Virus record (IMG/VR): IMGVR_UViG_3300005836_000029
Location: 642-64,641 of that record
Origin: a virus
Length of the DNA: 64,000 nt
Reading direction: 5' to 3' (one strand)
Position 1 is the first letter of the stretch. Each line of letters begins with the position of its first letter. A program made the translations under genes and the position numbers. A model generated the notes under the pieces. The model was not told the origin of the DNA and ran no database searches. It saw nothing but the letters and a program-made list of their open reading frames with translations. Below, in pieces: positions 54,545 through 61,304 of the stretch.

Positions 54545-56019
54545 GGCGCCTTCTCCGAAACGTCATCGATTTCCAGGACGGCAAGGCTTCCAAGGAGGCC
54601 ATGAACGTCAACTACCAGCGTCTTCAGGCGTCGACGATCGAATGGTCTCAGCCCGTCGACGAGCGGATCTTCAAGTTCATCCGGGAGTTCTTCAACAACA
54701 ACTTCGAGCTCCCGACGGCTCGAACGATCGAGGACTTCTTCACCCGCTCCGACGACATCGAGGTCACGGAGCGGCTCAAGGACATCCAGGCTGCCGAGAC
54801 CTACGTCCACAAGAACTACGCCCACCTTCTCGGTCAGCTCCTCGACGACCAGAACCGCATCAAGATGCGGGCTATCCTCAAGGACGCCGAAGAGATCGTA
54901 ACCAAGGGTCGGATCATCCAGGAGGGCCGGGAGAAGATCAAGCTCCAGGGGGTCAAGGATGCCCTCATCTACGTCAGCCGGAATGCCCACGGCCTCATGC
55001 CCGTGGAAGTCCATGCTCGGACGAACGGCGACCTTCGGGAAGACACGAACGAGGCGTGGCAGGAGTACCAGATTGCCAAGAGAGAACGCGGCAATGTCTG
55101 GGGAGCCTTCGTCGGGATCAACGAGATCGACAAGGTGTGCCACGGCTGCAAGCGTGGGGAACTATGGATCCACGCTGCGTTTGTCGGCGAGCTGAAGACG
55201 ACGTTCGCCCTCAACTGGTGCTACAACCTCGTCACTCGGTACCGCACGAACGTCTTCTACGTCTCGCTGGAGGTTCCGTACACGCAGATCCGCCGCAACA
55301 TCTACGCCATCCATTCGGCGAACAAGAAGTGGGCTGCCCAAGGAAAGAAGCCCCTCGACTACCGGCAGATCCGTGACGGGGAACTGACCCCCGAAGAGGA
55401 ACCCTTCTACCAAGAGGTCCTCGACGACTTCCACAACAACCCCGAGTACTGCCGCTTCGAGGTCTGGGCCCCCGAGCACGATGTCACCATTGACGACATC
55501 CGGGTCCAAGCCGAGATGGCCCACAAGCAGATGGACGTGGGGTTCATCGTCATCGACCACGGGGGCCTCGTGGAGCCGACGAAGAAGAACAAGGACTTCA
55601 CGATCGAGCTCAACTCGGTGCTCCGAGCTGCCAAGAAGACGCTCGCCTTGCACTTCAACGGGGGCGAAGGCGTGCCGGTGCTCATGCTCTTCCAGCTCAA
55701 TCGCCAGGGCAAGGACGAGGCCGACAAGAACGAGGGACGCTACAAGATCAAAGCCCTCTCCTACGCAAACGAAGCCGAGAAGAGCGCCGACTACATCACG
55801 ACGACGTACTTGAACGACGGCCATCGTGAGGCTGGGACCACGCTCTTCTGCAATCTCAAGAACCGCGACAACCCCTTGTTCAACACCTTCACGGCGACCG
55901 TCGACTTCAAGTGCCGGCGCATCCTGAACTTCGACCCCACCATCAGTCGTGTGGCGGGCATGCGCATCGATACGCCCGAAGGCACCGAGGCTCTGCTCCA
56001 GGGCTTGGATAACGTCTGA
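54538..56019 (+). CDS. dnaB: DnaB-like (SF4) replicative DNA helicase
   Basis: INEIDKVCHGCKRGELWIHAAFVGELKTTFALN, VFYVSLEV, FIVIDHGGLV, VLMLFQLNRQG, ANEAEKSADYI, LKNRD correspond to SF4 motifs H1-H4. Confidence 0.85.
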   Translation: MVRRLLRNVIDFQDGKASKEAMNVNYQRLQASTIEWSQPVDERIFKFIREFFNNNFELPTARTIEDFFTRSDDIEVTERLKDIQAAETYVHKNYAHLLGQLLDDQNRIKMRAILKDAEEIVTKGRIIQEGREKIKLQGVKDALIYVSRNAHGLMPVEVHARTNGDLREDTNEAWQEYQIAKRERGNVWGAFVGINEIDKVCHGCKRGELWIHAAFVGELKTTFALNWCYNLVTRYRTNVFYVSLEVPYTQIRRNIYAIHSANKKWAAQGKKPLDYRQIRDGELTPEEEPFYQEVLDDFHNNPEYCRFEVWAPEHDVTIDDIRVQAEMAHKQMDVGFIVIDHGGLVEPTKKNKDFTIELNSVLRAAKKTLALHFNGGEGVPVLMLFQLNRQGKDEADKNEGRYKIKALSYANEAEKSADYITTTYLNDGHREAGTTLFCNLKNRDNPLFNTFTATVDFKCRRILNFDPTISRVAGMRIDTPEGTEALLQGLDNV

Positions 56020-56681
56020 TGGCCGACAACATCAAGAAGGCGCAGTCCGAGAGCGTCCTCGAGCAGACTCGACGGGCGTGGGTGCGGACTCGCATCGAGC
56101 AGATCCACCGAATCGTTTCTGCTCACGATGTCCTTCAACGGCGAGGGGGCATTGACTTCAAGAGCACTTCGGGGCGTGAAGAGCAGTTCTCCTGTCCCTT
56201 CCACGGGAAGGACACCAAGCCGTCGGCTCGCATCTACCCCGAGAGCGCCAGGAGCCCGAGTCATGCTTGGTGCTTCGTCTGCCAGGAACGCTGGGACGCC
56301 ATCGCTCTCTGGCGGAAGTTCAACGGAGACGGGGACGACGTACCCTTCACGCGGACCCTCACCCAGATGGAACAGGCGTACGGCATCACCAAGCCGGCCA
56401 TGCCGCAAGAGCTCTGGGGAGCTGGAGAGGAGTCCGCCGTCTCCCCCGACCTCCTCGCCTTCGATTCCCTCTACGATGTCTGCGAGAACCGCCTGAAGTT
56501 TGCCCGGCCGATCTACTACAAGCTTGGTGACATGACGGGATACCTCGCGGCAAGCTGCATCCTCGACAAGATGAGGCACCGGGTCGACAAGAGGCAGGTG
56601 AGCCCCGAGAAGGGCTCCGAGGTCCTCAGGCAGCTCTTGGGTAAAATTGGGGGGAAAGTCCAGGCATGTCCCGACGCGTGA
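56019..56681 (+). CDS. Stand-alone CHC2 zinc-finger protein (primase zinc-binding domain without a TOPRIM core)
   Basis: FSCPFHGKDTKPSARIY...AWCFVCQERWDAIAL is the DnaG N-terminal CHC2 motif. At 220 aa the protein is too short to hold a TOPRIM catalytic core. Confidence 0.8.
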   Translation: MADNIKKAQSESVLEQTRRAWVRTRIEQIHRIVSAHDVLQRRGGIDFKSTSGREEQFSCPFHGKDTKPSARIYPESARSPSHAWCFVCQERWDAIALWRKFNGDGDDVPFTRTLTQMEQAYGITKPAMPQELWGAGEESAVSPDLLAFDSLYDVCENRLKFARPIYYKLGDMTGYLAASCILDKMRHRVDKRQVSPEKGSEVLRQLLGKIGGKVQACPDA

Positions 56682-57097
56682 AGCTCCCTACCTTGGAAAT
56701 GGGGGAGGTCACCTTGCTGGTCATGTGGGAAAAGGGGGGCAAATGGGAGGCAACCATCGAGCCCCTCCGAGGGACACGGGTGGGGGACCAAATCAGCATC
56801 ATCGCTCAGGGGGCTCTCACCCATGCCCTCCACGGCCTCTCACGGCCTCTTGTCGACGCCTTGGGGATTCCTCCAGCCGGAGCCCTCAGGAAGTTGCCCG
56901 AAGCCACCAAACAGTGCTCCAAGCGCCGCAATTGCCCGTTCTACCAGAAGGCCCACTGTCACACAGGAGCGAAGCAGATTTCCTGGTGCTTCGTGCCCGG
57001 CGGATTTTCGGATGAGGCCGGAGTAGCCGCTGCATCGCAAGTCATCGCCGAATGGCGCCAGGGGGTGTATGTCGTCGTGGTCAAGGAGGACTCTTAA
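56666..57097 (+). CDS. Hypothetical protein with Cys cluster (143 aa)
   Basis: CSKRRNCPFY...HC...WCF. Overlaps the upstream gene by 16 nt, and its stop overlaps the polymerase ATG. Confidence 0.55.
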   Translation: MSRRVKLPTLEMGEVTLLVMWEKGGKWEATIEPLRGTRVGDQISIIAQGALTHALHGLSRPLVDALGIPPAGALRKLPEATKQCSKRRNCPFYQKAHCHTGAKQISWCFVPGGFSDEAGVAAASQVIAEWRQGVYVVVVKEDS

Positions 57098-59994
57098 TGC
57101 CGTCGCCTGAAGAGGAGGAGACCAACTGGGAAGAGGAATTGCTCAACAACATCCCAGTTGCGACTCCTACGCCGGAGCCTGCCAGTGCCGCTCCGACTCC
57201 GACTCCAGCCCGAGCACGACCGGCCATCTTCGACGACGATGACGCCGAAGATCCCGCTTCGTATTTGTCCTCGTCGGGCCTCCAGACGCAAACCCAGGTC
57301 GACGCCAACAATCGGAACCTCTTCAAGCCGTGGATGCAGTTCCACAAGTTCACCCTCGTCAAGACCGTCGACGAGGTGAAGAAGATCGTCGACGAGGCGC
57401 TTTTGCACGGTCGCTGCGCCCTCGACCTCGAGACGGAGGGCTTCGACAACCGCATCGACTACGACGCCGACGGGAAGCCCTCTACGAAGCACAAGATCGT
57501 CGGCTTCTGCATCGGATTGAAGGGGGCGGGCTACTACATCCCGGTTCGACACTCGTTCGACCGAACGTATGGCCAGGCCGACCCCAACGTCCCGGTTCAA
57601 GGCGTCGAGGCGGAGATCCGACGACTTTGCCTCGCATCCCAGCCCATCTTGACGGAAGAGGGCCTGGCCGAGGACCCCTACGCTTCGATGAAGTGGGAGG
57701 TCCCTCCCAGGATCATCCTGTACTTCTGGAATGCGCTGTTCGATCAGGAGTTTCTCTACCCGATCACGGGCATCGACTTCTGGCATCCCGCGAGCTTCGA
57801 GGACGGAATGCTCGCGGCCTACACGACCTACACGGACGACGCCATCGGTCTCAAGGCCAAGGCGTTCGAGAAGCTATCCATTGCCGACCCCGATGTGAAG
57901 GACGGTGAAGGAAAACCGGTCGTCTACAACTACGAGATGATCGAGTTCGAGGAGCTCTTCCCCCCGAACATCAAGCGGGCGGATCGGAAGATCGCCGACG
58001 TGTATCCAGAGGAAGGCTCGGACATCGTTCGCTACGGCTGCTCGGATGGCATCTGCACCGAGCTCCTGTGCGAGACGAAGAAGGTCCAGTGGGAGTTCGC
58101 CAAGGAACCCGCCAGCTACACCTACAAGGAGGTCGTCAGCGACCCTACCAAGAAGCACAGCTTCACCTACAAACTCGAGCGCCAGACGGCCCAAGCTGTG
58201 CGTGTCCTGGAGCGGTCCCGGGCAAAAATCGACAAGGACGAGCTGAAACTGCTCCTCGACGAAGCTCAGAACGAGCTCGAGTCCTACGAGGAGAAAATCA
58301 AGAAGATCGCAGCCTCCAAGGGTTTTCACGGGTTCAACCCCGGCTCGCCGGAGCAGCTCTCCACCTTCCTCTTCGAGAAACAGGGTCTCGACATCAACCC
58401 GAAGCCGAAGAAGAACGAGGCAAGCGGGCAGTACAAGACGGACGCTGCGACTCTCGAGCAGATGTACGAGGCCAACCCTGACATCGAGGTGCTCGACTGG
58501 GTGGTGAAGTACCGGCAGATCGACAAGATCATCGGCACGTACCTCACGAACCTCATCGCGAACTGCGACGAGAACGAGTGCCTTCGGTTCAAGTTCCTCC
58601 AGACGGGAGCTGCCACCGGACGCTTCACGGCGCCCTCGGGGGAGGTGGAGCACGGCTTCAGTGGCATCCCCATCCAGGGCATCCCCGCCAGGAGCGACCC
58701 GAAGAAGCCGAAGGTCGCCCACTCGCTTCGCCGGATGTTCGTAGCTCGTCCCGGCTACACCCTCGTGAAGATCGACTACGCCGGGCAGGAACTACGCATC
58801 GTCACGAACCTCTCGAGGGAGCCCCTCTGGCTGAACGAGTTCAAGGCCGCAGCAGCTCAAGGCAAAGAGGCGGATCTTCACACGCTCACGGCCCAAGCCT
58901 TCTTCGGCCCGCACATCACGAAGGCCAACAAGGTCGAACGGAACATGGGCAAGATCGCGAACTTCTCGCTCATCTACGGCGGCGGGGTGCAAGCGATTCA
59001 GCGGGCGACGAAGTGCGACAAGGTGGAGGCATCCCGACGCAAAGCGAACTTCGACAAGAGCGTCCCGACCTTCGCCAAGTGGGTGGCGAAACAGCATGCG
59101 GACGTGAAGAGGGACCTTGGAGTCTCGACGGCCTTCCAGCGCTTCATTGCGATTCCGGATGCCAACATCAAGCCCGGCCAGGTCATCCGTGGCCAGGCGA
59201 TCGATGAGCAGGAGGCCCGTCGGATTCGAGCCGGTTGCGAGAGGAAGAGTACGAACTACCCGATCCAGGGGAGTGGTGCCGACATCCTCAAGATCAGCCT
59301 GGTGAAGCTCGCGAAGGACCTCGGGAGGAGGGGCTGGCTCAGGAACGGGGGCGACGACAGCGTACGCATGATCATGACGGTCCACGACGAGATCGTCTTC
59401 GAGATCCGGCATGAGCGCCTGACGACCGCCCTGCCCGAGATCATCCGCATCATGGAATCTCCGAGCGCCCTCTGTCACTGGGAAATCCCGCTCGTCGTCG
59501 AGCCCCTCATCGGCCTGAACTGGGAGGCCAAGTACGACTGGCTCGAGATCATGCACGGCGAGGCTCCGGTGCCGGACTGGCTCGTCGACTTCGTGAAGCC
59601 GGGCGTCGATGTGGCCGTGCACACCCCGGAGCCCTCAGCTCCAGCCGCAACGGCTCCTGCCCAAACTCCGACGGCCTCCCCAGCTCCTTCGAAATCTGCG
59701 AAACCTTCGAGTTTGACGCCGAGCGTCAAAGCTGCAAAGGTCGCCACCTTCCTCCTGCCGAAGGACTTCCTCACGAGGGAGTCGATTCGCCTCGTGATGA
59801 TGGCCATTTCCGGGTCTGTTCCCATCGGAGACCAGCCCCGTGAAGGGGTCGTTCGGCTCCAGGTCAAGGACCAGCAGGGCAACGTTCTGATCGACCCTAA
59901 GCTCGGGATCCATGTCTTTCCCGAGCGGTTTTCTCGGGAACTGCACGATCGGAACCTCGGAGGCAACGGCTGGGAGATCGAGGAAAATACCTAA
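57097..59994 (+). CDS. polA: Family A DNA polymerase with 3'-5' exonuclease, no 5'-3' exonuclease domain
   Basis: Start ATG 57097 after SD aaggagg. ExoI ALDLETEG, ExoII FWNALFD, ExoIII YGCSD; motif A KIDYAGQELR, motif B RNMGKIANFSLIYG, NYPIQGSGAD, motif C MTVHDEIVFE. Confidence 0.92.
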   Translation: MPSPEEEETNWEEELLNNIPVATPTPEPASAAPTPTPARARPAIFDDDDAEDPASYLSSSGLQTQTQVDANNRNLFKPWMQFHKFTLVKTVDEVKKIVDEALLHGRCALDLETEGFDNRIDYDADGKPSTKHKIVGFCIGLKGAGYYIPVRHSFDRTYGQADPNVPVQGVEAEIRRLCLASQPILTEEGLAEDPYASMKWEVPPRIILYFWNALFDQEFLYPITGIDFWHPASFEDGMLAAYTTYTDDAIGLKAKAFEKLSIADPDVKDGEGKPVVYNYEMIEFEELFPPNIKRADRKIADVYPEEGSDIVRYGCSDGICTELLCETKKVQWEFAKEPASYTYKEVVSDPTKKHSFTYKLERQTAQAVRVLERSRAKIDKDELKLLLDEAQNELESYEEKIKKIAASKGFHGFNPGSPEQLSTFLFEKQGLDINPKPKKNEASGQYKTDAATLEQMYEANPDIEVLDWVVKYRQIDKIIGTYLTNLIANCDENECLRFKFLQTGAATGRFTAPSGEVEHGFSGIPIQGIPARSDPKKPKVAHSLRRMFVARPGYTLVKIDYAGQELRIVTNLSREPLWLNEFKAAAAQGKEADLHTLTAQAFFGPHITKANKVERNMGKIANFSLIYGGGVQAIQRATKCDKVEASRRKANFDKSVPTFAKWVAKQHADVKRDLGVSTAFQRFIAIPDANIKPGQVIRGQAIDEQEARRIRAGCERKSTNYPIQGSGADILKISLVKLAKDLGRRGWLRNGGDDSVRMIMTVHDEIVFEIRHERLTTALPEIIRIMESPSALCHWEIPLVVEPLIGLNWEAKYDWLEIMHGEAPVPDWLVDFVKPGVDVAVHTPEPSAPAATAPAQTPTASPAPSKSAKPSSLTPSVKAAKVATFLLPKDFLTRESIRLVMMAISGSVPIGDQPREGVVRLQVKDQQGNVLIDPKLGIHVFPERFSRELHDRNLGGNGWEIEENT

Positions 59995-60019
59995 TCTTCC
60001 TATGGAAAGGCTCTAGTAC

Positions 60020-60601
60020 GTGGCCGAGAAGCACGACTTCCTGTCGGTCTGCAACGATCATGGGGTTCCGGTTCGGGACTTCGAGGCGCAGTTCTGCTTC
60101 CGCTGCCTTCAACCGGAATGTACGCGAAGTCTGAGCGGCAAGAGCCGTTTCGAGAGGCGGGTCGATACCTGGGAGGACCAGTTCTTCAACCACGTCCCCC
60201 GGATGTCCGAGGCCGACCCCCGGTTCGTGCAGCTTCGAGCGAAGAAATTCATCGAGATCGAGCGAGGCCCCGTCCCGGAAATCGGGCGGGCCGTTCGAGC
60301 TTGGATCGACCCCCGGGATCTTGACGCGGCACCCGAAAGCCCGCACTCTACGGAGGATTCTCCCCCGGTCCCTCCTGCTGAGGTTGCCGAAGAAGAGTCC
60401 TCCACCCTGACGGAGACCCCACTTTCCCAGTCCCCTCCACCCCCCGTGCTCATGAACACGCCGTTCCGACAAGGGCAGATGCTACGAGGCTCGAAGCCAG
60501 CGGCACCCCCTCGGGACCCCTGGGCAGCCAAACCCAAAGAACCGGAGATTCCGAAGGTTCGGCCAGGGGCCAAGATCAAACTCGGCGGCTCTGGTGTATA
60601 G
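60020..60601 (+). CDS. Hypothetical protein, N-terminal Cys/His cluster and Pro-rich disordered C-terminus
   Basis: CNDH...FCFRCLQPEC, then a low-complexity P/E/S tail. Confidence 0.6.
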   Translation: MAEKHDFLSVCNDHGVPVRDFEAQFCFRCLQPECTRSLSGKSRFERRVDTWEDQFFNHVPRMSEADPRFVQLRAKKFIEIERGPVPEIGRAVRAWIDPRDLDAAPESPHSTEDSPPVPPAEVAEEESSTLTETPLSQSPPPPVLMNTPFRQGQMLRGSKPAAPPRDPWAAKPKEPEIPKVRPGAKIKLGGSGV

Positions 60602-60634
60602 AGGGGTACCGGACCTCAACAAGGACGACTCAGC

Positions 60635-60817
60635 ATGAAATGGGATTTCATCATCGGAACGGACGGCAAGGTGGTCACGGAAGTGATCGATCGCGAGGAT
60701 TCCGTCTGCTCCGAGATCAAGAGGGTCACGAACGCCGTGGGCCGCGAACTCTCCGACGAACACATCGGTCCCGAGTGTGATCGGGTCGAGGAGATCCAGG
60801 GCGGCGGCGGGTCCTGA
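60635..60817 (+). CDS. DUF2997-family small protein
   Basis: FIIGTDGKVVTEV......CSEI...NAVG matches the remembered DUF2997 pattern (FxIxxDGxVxxEVxGxxGxxC...ALG). Adjacent to DUF1257 and Ycf46-like genes. Confidence 0.65.
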   Translation: MKWDFIIGTDGKVVTEVIDREDSVCSEIKRVTNAVGRELSDEHIGPECDRVEEIQGGGGS

Positions 60818-60857
60818 TCTCGAAGCAAGAACCACCGAAAGGAAAAGGACCACCACC

Positions 60858-61196
60858 ATGAGTCACCGTGTGACCACACAAACCGAGATCAAGGACCAGG
60901 CCCTGGCCATCCAGGCCCTCAAGGCCGCCAAGATGGACTTCACCCAGAGCGGGTCGACCATCCGCATCACGAGCGGCCCGATCGCAGGCGCCAGCATCAA
61001 CCTCACCACCGGCGACGTCGAAGGGGACACCGACCAGGGGCATCGCCGGAGCGACAACAGCCTCGGCCTCCTGAAGCGCCACTACGCCGAAGCGAAGATC
61101 CAGCAGGAGTGCCGGATCCAGGGCATCACGATCGAGTCCCGCACCGTCGAGAAGGACGGCCGGATTCGGCTGCGCTGCCAGGGTCACTTCGCCTGA
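60858..61196 (+). CDS. ycf35: DUF1257 (Ycf35-like) protein
   Basis: True start ATG 60858 after aaagga. MSHRVTTQTEIKDQALAIQAL and HYAEAKIQQECRIQGITIE..VEKDGRIRL match the DUF1257 N- and C-terminal patterns. Confidence 0.7.
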   Translation: MSHRVTTQTEIKDQALAIQALKAAKMDFTQSGSTIRITSGPIAGASINLTTGDVEGDTDQGHRRSDNSLGLLKRHYAEAKIQQECRIQGITIESRTVEKDGRIRLRCQGHFA

Positions 61197-61220
61197 TCAC
61201 GCTGCCGACCCCGGCGGAAA

Positions 61221-61262
61221 TGAGGAAGGCCCACTTCGGAAGAAGGGGCCTTCTTCACTTTC
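61221..61262 (+). terminator. Intrinsic terminator-like hairpin after the DUF1257 gene
   Basis: tgaggaaggccc (61221..61232) pairs with gggccttcttca (61246..61257): 12 bp with one G-U. The loop contains cttcgg, and a short ctttt tract follows. Confidence 0.7.
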
Positions 61263-61279
61263 ATCCCTAAGTTCTCGAC

Positions 61280-61291
61280 GAAGCGGTGTAG
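61280..61291 (+). promoter_or_regulatory. gaagcggtgtag motif upstream of the Ycf46-like AAA+ gene
   Basis: Intergenic, immediately after the terminator, 13 nt before ATG 61305. Identical to 53666..53677. Confidence 0.4.
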
Positions 61292-61304
61292 AAGGTACTT
61301 GATC

